Source: a virus
Lineage: Duplodnaviria > Caudoviricetes
Strand: one strand, 5' to 3'
Virus record (IMG/VR): IMGVR_UViG_3300033417_000006
Coordinates: 4,281 to 68,280 of that record
DNA: 64,000 nucleotides
Shown here in pieces: positions 17,260 to 26,513 of this stretch; position 1 is the stretch's first letter; every line of letters starts with the position of its first letter. The notes beneath the pieces are model-generated. The model had not been told where the DNA came from. It did no database searches and saw only the letters and a list, made by a program, of their open reading frames with translations. A program made the position numbers and the translations under genes.

Positions 17260-17717
17260 GAGGGGTTGACCTTTTGTTTGCCAGAAGGTGGGGCGCATAC
17301 GAAGTCGATTTTAAGGATGGCTCTATGATAACGGGATGGGAAAGCGGCGCGATAATTTCTGTTGAGGAGTTCGAGGCTTTTGGGTTGCTGGATATTGGTG
17401 ATAATAGCCGAAATGCCGCTTCTATTTTTGTTCGAGAAATCTGTTATCGGGCAATGATAATGGTTGTCGCCGGGGTTGATGGCGAGAATGATTTTCTTTC
17501 CGATACCAAGGGAGTCCAGGAGGTTTTGGGTAAGAGCAGGCGCGAATTTGATGCGGTCGCGGCTTATCTGGATGAATTGATTATGGTGATGCCATGGGAA
17601 TCCGTTTTGGACTAGCCAGAAGCACCATGGGTAGGTGTGTGGGACAAGGAATAGTTTGAAGCCGGCGCCGGTTTTTGTGATGTCCTGGAATTCTTTTTTG
17701 GAGCAGAAGAATTTCAA
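17151..17717 (-). CDS. Hypothetical protein (strand ambiguous, see findings)
   Basis: TTG start overlapping the upstream TGA; many C-ending codons; a + strand ORF 17274-17615 is also open. Confidence 0.4.
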   Translation of the reverse strand: MKFFCSKKEFQDITKTGAGFKLFLVPHTYPWCFWLVQNGFPWHHHNQFIQISRDRIKFAPALTQNLLDSLGIGKKIILAINPGDNHYHCPITDFSNKNRSGISAIITNIQQPKSLELLNRNYRAAFPSRYHRAILKIDFVCAPPSGKQKVNPSCHALSAAQPKSSIPSTLTAGPASPAKIVTPRVQSQ

Positions 17718-18382
17718 GTTTTCTTTCCCCGTGATTTGCCTTGCTTCTGGTTTTTGTCGTCCTGACCGTAAAAGACTTTGGCATCGTTTGCCACGGCCCA
17801 TTTCTCGCAGGTTTCGCCGTAATAAGCCCTGGTGCAGGTGAGATAGCCCTCTTTGTGCGCCGTTGGGTCTGGGCCGATGAAATAACCGTCGGTAAAGAGA
17901 ATTCTGTTGGTTGGCAGCGCCGCGAACTGGCCGGTATCGAGTTTCAGAATATGAGCGCATTTGCTTTGTTCAGGATCGAAACAGAAGGTGGTATCAACGC
18001 CGTTGGTCGGCAGCCACTCGATTGTGGCCATGTAATCGCCACAAACCTTTTCCCTGGTCCTGAGCATGGCGATGGCTCTGTGATTTAAGAGGTAAGCAAA
18101 TTGGATTACCACGATATTTGGGCTGAAACAATCCCATAAACAAAGGTCTTCGAGCGGCAGTAACCGGTCCGGCGGAACTTCGTGAACGATGGCATTGAGC
18201 GGGATGCCGCGAAAATGAGCGCCAGTCCTGAGCATAACGTCGAAGGACAATGCACGGGCGGGGATCGAGCGCACTGCGAAGACATGGGCTTCCGTGAATT
18301 TGCCCCTGCCCCTTTCATGATTGAAAAGGAATTCGTTTCTGACCCAAACCCGGGTCGTTGGAAAATCAGCGCAGAGTTCCAT
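17714..18382 (-). CDS. Conserved phage protein
   Basis: VWVRNEFL...SIPARAL...LWDCFS...HILKLDTGQFAALPTNR recalls a widespread phage family of unknown function. Confidence 0.7.
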   Translation of the reverse strand: MELCADFPTTRVWVRNEFLFNHERGRGKFTEAHVFAVRSIPARALSFDVMLRTGAHFRGIPLNAIVHEVPPDRLLPLEDLCLWDCFSPNIVVIQFAYLLNHRAIAMLRTREKVCGDYMATIEWLPTNGVDTTFCFDPEQSKCAHILKLDTGQFAALPTNRILFTDGYFIGPDPTAHKEGYLTCTRAYYGETCEKWAVANDAKVFYGQDDKNQKQGKSRGKKT

Positions 18383-18731
18383 GGCGAATCATGCTGTAAC
18401 CCATCTTGAGCGCCCACAGGGGTTGATCGTGAATTTGGCGATGCCCGGCGCGGCTCACGGCAAGCCAATATTCCTGGTCGAGCAGAAGTTTGCCCCGGCC
18501 TTTCATGTGATGAATGTCCTCGGAGGAGCGCCAGGGATAAACGGCGCAACGCGGATTAGCTTTCAGAAAGGCTTCCCTTTGCGTCCTGTAAATTTTCATC
18601 GCGGCTTCCATTTTTCTTGATCTGCGCCGGAGTTTACGTTTCTTCTTCGGCGTTAATTTCGCATTTGGCATTGTCGTCCATAATGCTTTACCATGGCTCC
18701 TTCCAGGTTTCCTTGGATTGCTTTTTAGCAT
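18366..18731 (-). CDS. HNH-like nuclease lacking the usual Cys ligands
   Basis: EDIHHMKGRG..LLDQEYWLAVSRAGHRQIH. Confidence 0.6.
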   Translation of the reverse strand: MLKSNPRKPGRSHGKALWTTMPNAKLTPKKKRKLRRRSRKMEAAMKIYRTQREAFLKANPRCAVYPWRSSEDIHHMKGRGKLLLDQEYWLAVSRAGHRQIHDQPLWALKMGYSMIRHGTLR

Positions 18732-19026
18732 TGGCTTTTTGAATTAAATGATCGACTAATTCCCGGCCGAGAGCAAATCGCGCGAATCGCAAATGTTTGC
18801 ATCTATGACTGTCGCCGATGGGTTTTGCGCCGCGATTAAGGTCTTTCTGCAACCGGAATTGGAAATCGGGGCAACCGCAAAACCCGTTGCCATCCCACGC
18901 CATGAGATCGACGAGATAACAGGTTGTCCATTCATGGTCGCTTTGCACCCAGCAACGCAGGAGTTCATTTGGGAATTGGATTACGCGCACTATTTCAATT
19001 CGCGCCGCAAACAATTCAGGAGCCAC
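18688..19026 (-). CDS. SWIM-type zinc-finger protein
   Basis: YLVDL...FCGCPDF...RCKHLR. Confidence 0.7.
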   Translation of the reverse strand: MAPELFAARIEIVRVIQFPNELLRCWVQSDHEWTTCYLVDLMAWDGNGFCGCPDFQFRLQKDLNRGAKPIGDSHRCKHLRFARFALGRELVDHLIQKANAKKQSKETWKEPW

Positions 19027-19148
19027 GATTTCAGTGTGATTCCTTTCCTGATGAGCTTGATTCGCAACCGAATCCTGAGAGCAGGGTCGATTTCAATGAC
19101 GAGAAAATGTCTGCGCCGCATGCCGGAAATATAAGTTGTAAATCAGGC

Positions 19149-19182
19149 TTTACAAGGAAAATGTTACGGCTAAAATGCCAAT
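19149..19182 (+). promoter_or_regulatory. Candidate leaderless promoter
   Basis: TTTACA-N16-TAAAAT-N6-GTG(19183). Confidence 0.5.
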
Positions 19183-19485
19183 GTGATAGTTATGAATGGA
19201 ACCCTGGTGGAAGCCGTGCTCGAATTCTGGAAAAGGTATCCGGCACCGAACAGAATGGATTTGTTGCTGCTCCTTTTATTGGCCGGTGCCTGCGATGAGC
19301 ATGGGGTTGTGAAAACCACAATCACCTGCATCTCTGAGAGGACAAGGCTGAGCAAAAAGCGAGTCACGGCGGCGATCCATAATTTGGGGTGTAACGGCGG
19401 CATCCATTTCAGAAAAGACGGCAATAATATCCGGTTGGTTTTAATCCTGGGAACCCAACGCTCAAAGGCGGAACTCCATGGCTAA
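19183..19485 (+). CDS. Winged-HTH-like protein
   Basis: TTITCISERTRLSKKRVTAAIHNL. Confidence 0.5.
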   Translation: MIVMNGTLVEAVLEFWKRYPAPNRMDLLLLLLLAGACDEHGVVKTTITCISERTRLSKKRVTAAIHNLGCNGGIHFRKDGNNIRLVLILGTQRSKAELHG

Positions 19486-19672
19486 AATACTACCAGCGAA
19501 TTTGTGCCCGGCCTGTAACGAACCCTTGTTGTTGGAGGCTCACTCGGGTTGGTGCTGGGTATTTTGCGGCAACGGTGAATGTCCTCAACCGAAGTTAAAC
19601 GACGGCGCAAAGGGCCGTAACATCGAATCGGCTTACCAAGCCTTGGAAGAGATTTACGAGTCCCTGGCTTGA
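19478..19672 (+). CDS. Small zinc-ribbon protein
   Basis: CPACNE...VFCGNGEC. Confidence 0.5.
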   Translation: MAKILPANLCPACNEPLLLEAHSGWCWVFCGNGECPQPKLNDGAKGRNIESAYQALEEIYESLA

Positions 19673-19914
19673 ACGATTTTCTTGAGGAAATCGGATTCCG
19701 CGCGGCAGATGTTTGCCAGGATTTCCCGACCATCTTTCTCGTGAAACTCCGAGAGTTGTTGGTAAAGCCTGATTTCGCGTTGAAGACAATCAAGGAACAT
19801 CCGAAGTCTTGCCGCGCGTTTTTGCCGCCATCGCTTTTGATGCCTAGCATGACAACTTCGGCACGTTCGCTGACCCGACCTTCTTGGGTTGCCACATTTG
19901 CATTGCTTGTTCAC
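19654..19914 (-). CDS. Small zinc-finger protein
   Basis: CKCGNPR...TCRSCHAR; ATGA coupling. Confidence 0.5.
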   Translation of the reverse strand: MNKQCKCGNPRRSGQRTCRSCHARHQKRWRQKRAARLRMFLDCLQREIRLYQQLSEFHEKDGREILANICRAESDFLKKIVQARDS

Positions 19915-21038
19915 GTCAGAATGACGGATGGAGATTTATCTTTGGACTCGATGCAATGCTCCAGGTTGGAGTTGATCCAGTCATTTGCAGCTTTTTTGGT
20001 GCAGCCAGTTATTTTCCTGTAAAGATCGGCGAGTGGCCCCAAGCCGACCTGACAGGTTTGAACGAAGAGTTGCTGCAATTGTTTCGTTGAGAGCGGCGCT
20101 CCATCGACACTGAAATCCTTTTGGTTAAGCCTGAATTGGTTTTCCAGGGTTTCCCATACCTTTTGGGGATCGGTAATCTTGCGCTGTTCACCCGTTGGTT
20201 TCAAGGCCAAGCCGGGTATGACCACCCCTTTTTCCAAATCGGCTTTGACCGCGGCCTTGATTTTATCGGCGATGTCCAGGGCCAGGGTTGCGGCATTCCA
20301 AAGCCTGAACTTTTGCTCCGGGGCAAGCAATTCCCACTTGGGTTGCTGCAAGGTAAAGGCAACGGCAAGAGCCGGCGGACAGGTTTTCTTGGCTCGACAG
20401 AACTTGCATTGCCGGGTTCCAGGGTATCGCGGGGCATCGGGGACCATGACTCTGTGAATGATGCCAAGGAGTTCCGACTCGGCGCCGGCCAACGCTTCGA
20501 GGTCGTAATCGCAGGCTTGCCCCTTTTTGCGGTTAGGCTGATTGATGGCGACTCTCACGATTTCGAGGTCGTAATTCCTTGCCAAGAGAACCGCTAAAAC
20601 CCTTAGTTGCAGATTGGATTCACTCGGTGGCACCCCGAGCCAGCCCGTTTTTAGATCAACGATGAGACCCGCCTTTGCCTTGGTACAAATGGCCTGATAA
20701 TCGGCTTGGCCGGAGAACAGTTTTTGGCCTTTGCGCCGATAAAACAGCCTTTTCTCGCGCTGCTCGACTAGCGACATTCGGTTTACTCCGATGTCATCAA
20801 GCCATTCCTCGACGATGATTTCGTGGGAACCCCTCGATTTAGCTATGAATTCGGCGTCGCCAGGGTCTAAATCCAGGACATCACCATCGGTATCGGCTTG
20901 ATGAAGTTCGGTTCCCCTGTGTGCCCACGGACTTTCCTCCTGCGGCAAATCCTTTTCGGCACTGTATTTGCCGGGGCAAAGGGCGTAGGACTCGAAGGCC
21001 GATGCCGATGGTAAACCGAGCCTGGCGTCAGTTTCCAT
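19911..21038 (-). CDS. PD-(D/E)xK nuclease (DUF2800/Cas4-like), recombination exonuclease partner of RecT
   Basis: PSAS...CPG...RGTELH...FSGQAD...IVDLKTG...NLQL...CKFCRAKKTC. Confidence 0.85.
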   Translation of the reverse strand: METDARLGLPSASAFESYALCPGKYSAEKDLPQEESPWAHRGTELHQADTDGDVLDLDPGDAEFIAKSRGSHEIIVEEWLDDIGVNRMSLVEQREKRLFYRRKGQKLFSGQADYQAICTKAKAGLIVDLKTGWLGVPPSESNLQLRVLAVLLARNYDLEIVRVAINQPNRKKGQACDYDLEALAGAESELLGIIHRVMVPDAPRYPGTRQCKFCRAKKTCPPALAVAFTLQQPKWELLAPEQKFRLWNAATLALDIADKIKAAVKADLEKGVVIPGLALKPTGEQRKITDPQKVWETLENQFRLNQKDFSVDGAPLSTKQLQQLFVQTCQVGLGPLADLYRKITGCTKKAANDWINSNLEHCIESKDKSPSVILT

Positions 21039-22143
21039 TGGTTTTCCTATTGATTTGGACCTGAGCTTTAACGGCGGCCCAGTTTTCGATGAGATCGGCG
21101 AGAACATCGTCGGACACCGAGACGAGCATATCAGTTTCCTCGCGGCAAAGCTTGCGCCGGATGAGAATCGCGAGGATTTCGGCTTCATCGACGGCATCTC
21201 GCTTCATCAGGGCATAGATGCGATCCACGATTTGAATTTCGGCTTGATCGGCAACGGTTTTGGGTTTCCTGCCTCTCCTTGGTTTTTCCGGGGGGTCCTG
21301 TGGAGCCTCCTGTGCGGGTTCCTCCGGGGTTTCATCATCGGGAATGGTATCGTCAGCATTCTCTGGTTCCGGCTCGCCTAATGGCAATTCCGTGGCTTCC
21401 CCGGCCGGTTCGGATGAAAAGACAGGCTTTGCGGCTCGATACCGTTCATTTTCTGTTAAGGCTTCATCGTCTTTTTCGAGGAGGACCATGATTTCATGGC
21501 TGATGGGGAGCCATTTGGCCAGCCTTTTAAAAATGGTTTTTTTGGCCATTTCATCGAAATCTGTGACCCAAGGCCCGTTATCCCTGGCTTTCGATCGTTT
21601 CCTCACTTTTTCGATGTCGGAGATATGCATGATGTCGAATTCCTCGGCGCCGCCTTGAAGTTTAACGTAAGAGTAGTAAACCGTGGGTTTACCCCTGTTT
21701 TTGTAATTGGGCTTGTGCTTGAGGAACTTGCCGGTGCCGAAGAGATAATCGAAATCGTCATGCTCACCAACCCAATCGCTGTGGATGTTTTCGATGAGAC
21801 CGGTGCGCCGCACTAATTGCACAATGCCTTTGTAATCAAGGATTAGGGTGCAATTCGTTCTATTTGTTTTGTTGTCACGATACGGGATGAGGTGGGCCTG
21901 GCCGCCGGTTGGGAACAGACCCATGGCGGCGATGTCGAGAATGCAATGGGCCAAACTGACCTTGGTGCATTCGCCGAGCCTCGGAGTTTTGTTGAAAGCA
22001 GAGAGAATTGCGGATAGGAACGTTGGTTTTCGGATATGCTTGGGCAAAACCTCGTCGAGTTGTTTGGCCAGGTCGTTTTCGACCCAACCACGGATTTCTT
22101 GTTTGCCCGGGACTGGCACCATGGATTGTTGTTGAATGCTCAT
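21028..22143 (-). CDS. recT: RecT-family single-strand annealing protein
   Basis: GLFPTGGQAHLIPY, LDYKGIVQLVRRTG, GPWVTDFDEMAKKTIFKRLAKWLP; acidic tail. Confidence 0.9.
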   Translation of the reverse strand: MSIQQQSMVPVPGKQEIRGWVENDLAKQLDEVLPKHIRKPTFLSAILSAFNKTPRLGECTKVSLAHCILDIAAMGLFPTGGQAHLIPYRDNKTNRTNCTLILDYKGIVQLVRRTGLIENIHSDWVGEHDDFDYLFGTGKFLKHKPNYKNRGKPTVYYSYVKLQGGAEEFDIMHISDIEKVRKRSKARDNGPWVTDFDEMAKKTIFKRLAKWLPISHEIMVLLEKDDEALTENERYRAAKPVFSSEPAGEATELPLGEPEPENADDTIPDDETPEEPAQEAPQDPPEKPRRGRKPKTVADQAEIQIVDRIYALMKRDAVDEAEILAILIRRKLCREETDMLVSVSDDVLADLIENWAAVKAQVQINRKTNGN

Positions 22144-22179
22144 ACCGAGAAGATACCGGTTCCACGTAGAACCGTCAAC
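22144..22179 (-). promoter_or_regulatory. Leaderless promoter of recT
   Basis: TTGACG-N17-TATCTT-N6-ATG; no SD. Confidence 0.7.
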
Positions 22180-22247
22180 AATTATTTTGCGGCTAAAAAG
22201 ACGCGGCATTAACTTGCCGTTTTACGTTTTCTGGTATCAGCTTTGGC

Positions 22248-23291
22248 GTGCGCGAGTTATGGGAATTGACCGGTGAGAATTTCGTTCTGCCTATTTCTGT
22301 TGAGCCGAGCGAAACCGCGTTTGCGGTGAGGCTCGGCGCCGGTCTGAGGTTGCTACAAAAACAACGGGACTCCGGCGGCGCTCTGCTTGATGCCGTGGCG
22401 ACGAAACGGGTTGGGGGCCGTTGGTTCGTGACTCAAGAACAATTGACGGTTGTGGCGCGCCGCAGCCAGCAAACAGAGCCAGAGGAAGTTCTCTTCTGGA
22501 CACCGGAAAGGAATGTAACGGTGATGCCATCTTTAACGAAGCGGTGGAGAGGGTTTCTTGATAGTTTCGTGGCGAAGTTGACGAAGGCAGGATTCCCCAT
22601 GGATTCCCAGGAGATAACCGAGACATGGGTGAGTTTCTGCAATGTGCTCCTGGAAATACTGGTGGTTGAAGAGAAACCCATCGACCTGTTTTTCTGCGAA
22701 ATTTATCCCACGGCATTGCGCCCGAACATTCAAGACCTGTTTTTTTCCGCGAGCCTTATAAGAAAAGGAGTCAAGACGCCGAGCGTCATGCTTGAAGCCA
22801 AGGTGAATCTTAATGAATTTAATGGCGACCCATGGTTTTTGATGGTTCGTCCCGATGATGGTAACATACATTTGGCGCGTCGCCTTGGCATTCGCGCGAC
22901 GCAGTATTGGATGAAGGCTGCGGCTGGAAATGAAAAGGTGAGGTTCGGTTATTATGGCGCCGTGGATTACTGCCGGAAAGCCATGGAACGATGCAAAAAG
23001 TATTGGCAACATGAACATAAAACGTTTGCGGCGCACAACAATTACATGGTTAAAGCACGGGGCCGCGTGTGTGGCGACGACGGTGAGGATAGGTTGGTGG
23101 CTGCGAACCAGGATCACGGCAAAAGACCTCCTTGGCAGATTGACGGCCTCTCTTTGGACATACTTGGTTTCCCCGCGGGTAAGCAAAGCGATTTGGATGG
23201 GAAGGATAAAATCCTGCATGAGATGCCCGGTGTGGAACGCCAAGGAGAAACTGTGCGGTACCCCGGGCCGGACGGTAAAGATAGGGACTGA
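22248..23291 (+). CDS. Hypothetical protein
   Basis: 347-codon open frame, GTG start; last ~90 codons overlap the next ORF. Confidence 0.55.
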   Translation: MRELWELTGENFVLPISVEPSETAFAVRLGAGLRLLQKQRDSGGALLDAVATKRVGGRWFVTQEQLTVVARRSQQTEPEEVLFWTPERNVTVMPSLTKRWRGFLDSFVAKLTKAGFPMDSQEITETWVSFCNVLLEILVVEEKPIDLFFCEIYPTALRPNIQDLFFSASLIRKGVKTPSVMLEAKVNLNEFNGDPWFLMVRPDDGNIHLARRLGIRATQYWMKAAAGNEKVRFGYYGAVDYCRKAMERCKKYWQHEHKTFAAHNNYMVKARGRVCGDDGEDRLVAANQDHGKRPPWQIDGLSLDILGFPAGKQSDLDGKDKILHEMPGVERQGETVRYPGPDGKDRD

Positions 23292-23415
23292 CATTTATCA
23301 GCAGGGCTGTTTATGCTATATGCCATGCGCGGCGAAGCTAAAGGCCAAACATTGTTGGGCAAATGAAATCGTTGGCGGTCAATCGGAAATAGGGTGGAAA
23401 GAGAAATATGGCTAA
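23011..23415 (+). CDS. Cys-rich small protein
   Basis: CMRCPVWN...LCG...GCLCYM...HCW; stop overlaps the next start. Confidence 0.55.
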   Translation: MNIKRLRRTTITWLKHGAACVATTVRIGWWLRTRITAKDLLGRLTASLWTYLVSPRVSKAIWMGRIKSCMRCPVWNAKEKLCGTPGRTVKIGTDIYQQGCLCYMPCAAKLKAKHCWANEIVGGQSEIGWKEKYG

Positions 23416-23893
23416 CAACAAAATGCGATTGGAGCGGATACCGATTGGCTTGGGCCTGATCGGGCTAAAGAATTTGCCGGCAAAGAAAGCCTTTCGGAAG
23501 CTGGAAAGGTCGAGTCACAAACTTGGTTTAATCAAGGCCGGGGCGAGCATTTTGCGGGACATCATGAACCTGGGTGTTGGCGTTGATACCGTTGGGCCAT
23601 TGCAAATGGCCAAGGGCTATTCCGTGATGACACAGCAGATGGTGGCGAATGCCATGCTGCAATTGAATACGTTGATCGAGAACGCTGAGAGCGATGAGGT
23701 TCGAGAGCGGGCGATTTACGCCCTTGGCTATCTGGCAAAGCGCATGAGTGACGTTACCCTTGCTGTGCGAACCATTGAAGCCGAGGAGAAAAGCGGGGTG
23801 AAAACGCTTAAACGCAGCTTTGTGCCATTGCGAGAGATTAAGGAGGCGCTGGTTGTGGAAAAACCCGTTGATAAAGGCAAAGGCAAGGTTTAG
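23408..23893 (+). CDS. Hypothetical helical protein
   Basis: Coupled start; protein-like composition. Confidence 0.55.
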   Translation: MANNKMRLERIPIGLGLIGLKNLPAKKAFRKLERSSHKLGLIKAGASILRDIMNLGVGVDTVGPLQMAKGYSVMTQQMVANAMLQLNTLIENAESDEVRERAIYALGYLAKRMSDVTLAVRTIEAEEKSGVKTLKRSFVPLREIKEALVVEKPVDKGKGKV

Positions 23894-23903
23894 AATCCCG
23901 GAT
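23868..23903 (+). promoter_or_regulatory. Leaderless promoter of the tail fibre gene
   Basis: TTGATA-N17-TAGAAT-N7-ATG. Confidence 0.65.
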
Positions 23904-26513
23904 ATGGCGCACATTGACGACGACATAACGCATTACAACCCGGACACCGGGCACCCACCGCCGCCCTCAACATTTCTATGTGACCAGAGCCATTACTGCA
24001 TTGCTGGGTCGCCGGAGGGCATAATTTCGGCTCGAACAGGCGCGATAGCCATCGACACGGATAGTTGCGAACTTTGGTTGAAACGGACCGGCACGGAGAA
24101 AACGGGTTGGTGCCCCGTTGGTGGTGAGGAGGGAGAGGTCGCAGGTTTAGGCACGCCTGGTTTCGTTCCGTTATGGGCGACGCCATCAACACTCACGGAC
24201 TCGCTGTTGCAGCAGGTCACAGGCGACATCGTATTGACAAGCGGCCAGTTGTTGTTGCCGAACGGCACAGCAGCCGCGCCTAGCATTGCGTTTGCGAATG
24301 ATTCAGGGACAGGGTTTCGATTAAATGCTGCCTCTGACATTAGGTTGTCTATTGGTGGTATTTCCAGACATGGCTGGACTGGAGATACATATTCCATCTT
24401 TCAGGATGCCGCAAGAATAGCATTTGGTTCATCTTCTGATGCTTTTATACGTCGTGATGACCCTAACATTATTGCCATTCGCAACGGCACAGCCGCACAG
24501 GAATTTCGCATCTGGAACACAGACGGCGTTACAATCGACGAGTTCGTTTCGATTGGATTCAAGAACAACGCTAATATCCTTACGATTCAGACGGAGCAAG
24601 TTGGTGGTGGAACGGTTAAGAACATTGCGTTCATGGGTGGGAAAGTGTCGGTTGGGACGCTAGCCATGCCTCCCATTACTAGTATAAATGCTAATGAGGG
24701 TATCCAACTTAGCGGGCAGTTAGTTCTGAGCGGTGGTGGGGATAGGACGATTCGAACAGACAACTCAAGTGCGTCTTTACGTTTTGGGTTGAATGAAACA
24801 CTAGGCGTAACAAATTGGAAATTTCATAATAATTCAATTGAGGTAGCCAGAATTACAAGCAATGGCAGCTTATTACTTGGAACTACGAGTAATACTGGCA
24901 AAGTAGTAATCAGCCAAGGCACAATCACAACTGATCTTAAGGCGTTGGACATATCTACGACGTGGAATAATGCTGCGGTTGCGTTTGGTGGTATTAACTT
25001 GGCTGTTACAGGCACAGCAGCGGCAAATACATCCCGTCTAATAAACTTAGTGTCTGATGGGTTCGTAAAGTTTCAAGTGGCTAAACGCTCGGGAACAACA
25101 TACGACACCCATATTGATGTAGGCGGACGGTTGGGTTGGCTTACAAACTCACAGTTCGAATCTTCAGTGGATGGAAGTATAACGCTGCTTAACGCAGCTG
25201 CGACAAGCTTCACCGCACTAAACTTCGGTGGAGTATCAGCCAGCTTTCCATCACTACGGGTTTCTGGCGCAGAGTTGCATCTAAAATTAGCTGATAATAG
25301 TGCGTTCACTACGTTGCAATCGGGTCATCATTTGCCGGGGGTAGATGATACGTTTGATTTGGGTTCTAGCTCACTACGTTGGAAAGATTTGTATTTAGGT
25401 CCAGGCAGCATCCTAATAGGTGATAATCCACCAGCAACAGGAATAATCAAGGTAGATGGTGGAACTGTCATTGGTAGCACACCAGTTATAAACCTCAATC
25501 AAACATTAAACAATGGTGCTGTGCAGTTTAGAGCATTTGATCTTAACATCACTAACACAGCAAGTTCCATAGCTTCCACACTGTTCAGGATACGTGTAGA
25601 TGGCACCACAGTCTTTGGTATTCGCGTTGGTGGTTTGTGGACCATAGGTGGGTCCCCATTATCAGCTAACGAAATTGTGGGTGCTAACTCTGGTGCAACC
25701 GCAATGGAGCGCAAGACTATCACTGGCGCTGGTGGCATCACCATCAACCAGAGCGTCGGCGGCATTGAGATTGACGGGGCCGGTGTGGGTGGCACGGCTG
25801 CCGGGCCGGAGGGCGCGGTGCAACTGAACCAGAGCAGCGCGTTTGCCGGCGAAGCGGACTTCATCTGGGAGGATGCGGATGACACGATCCGGTTGGGCCA
25901 AGGTGATGCCACGAGCACGGTTCGATTGTGGTGCGATGCCGGGGCGCCCAACATCTTCGCCATTGGTCCTGCTCGGGAAGCCACAGGAGAACCCATTTTC
26001 AGATCGTATTACGATAACTCAGCGGCGACACCGAAGTATCTATCGATGGCGTGGCAAGGCACACCGGGAGCACCGCAATTCCATATATTCCCGTCTCAAT
26101 CAGCCAGTTTGAAACTGTCAGTTCCGAATTCCAGTGACATTATACTTTTCAACGTCAATACGGGCGGGCCTGACCCAAGGAGAGTCGCCGTGGACGCCAC
26201 AGGGCTTCAAATAGGCACAGTCGGGGTGAATGGCAGCAGAATGACAATGTGGCTGTTCAATACCGCCAACCTCGATTTCGGGACCATTGGCGCCACCAAC
26301 TCCGTAACCAGGACGATAACCGTGACTGGCGCTCTTGCAAGTGACGTAGTGGCGGTGGGTTATCCCGACAGTTTTGCGAATACGGAGCTTATTCTCGTAG
26401 CCTGGGTAAGCGCCGCTGACACAGTTTCAATCAAGGCTAAAAACCCGAACGCAGTCGGAGGCATCACACCTGGCGCTTCGGACTTTGACGTGTTCGTATT
26501 CCAGGGAGCTTGA
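23904..26513 (+). CDS. Tail fibre/spike protein
   Basis: Gly/Thr/Ser-rich beta repeats: GTAAAPSIAF, DDTFDLGSSSLRWKDLYL, GAVQLN...FAG. Confidence 0.75.
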   Translation: MAHIDDDITHYNPDTGHPPPPSTFLCDQSHYCIAGSPEGIISARTGAIAIDTDSCELWLKRTGTEKTGWCPVGGEEGEVAGLGTPGFVPLWATPSTLTDSLLQQVTGDIVLTSGQLLLPNGTAAAPSIAFANDSGTGFRLNAASDIRLSIGGISRHGWTGDTYSIFQDAARIAFGSSSDAFIRRDDPNIIAIRNGTAAQEFRIWNTDGVTIDEFVSIGFKNNANILTIQTEQVGGGTVKNIAFMGGKVSVGTLAMPPITSINANEGIQLSGQLVLSGGGDRTIRTDNSSASLRFGLNETLGVTNWKFHNNSIEVARITSNGSLLLGTTSNTGKVVISQGTITTDLKALDISTTWNNAAVAFGGINLAVTGTAAANTSRLINLVSDGFVKFQVAKRSGTTYDTHIDVGGRLGWLTNSQFESSVDGSITLLNAAATSFTALNFGGVSASFPSLRVSGAELHLKLADNSAFTTLQSGHHLPGVDDTFDLGSSSLRWKDLYLGPGSILIGDNPPATGIIKVDGGTVIGSTPVINLNQTLNNGAVQFRAFDLNITNTASSIASTLFRIRVDGTTVFGIRVGGLWTIGGSPLSANEIVGANSGATAMERKTITGAGGITINQSVGGIEIDGAGVGGTAAGPEGAVQLNQSSAFAGEADFIWEDADDTIRLGQGDATSTVRLWCDAGAPNIFAIGPAREATGEPIFRSYYDNSAATPKYLSMAWQGTPGAPQFHIFPSQSASLKLSVPNSSDIILFNVNTGGPDPRRVAVDATGLQIGTVGVNGSRMTMWLFNTANLDFGTIGATNSVTRTITVTGALASDVVAVGYPDSFANTELILVAWVSAADTVSIKAKNPNAVGGITPGASDFDVFVFQGA

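Noticed and set aside
22248-22760. HU/IHF-like similarity in the 347-aa ORF (KPIDLFFCEIYP..LRP)
   Set aside because: Resemblance too weak to call without a profile search
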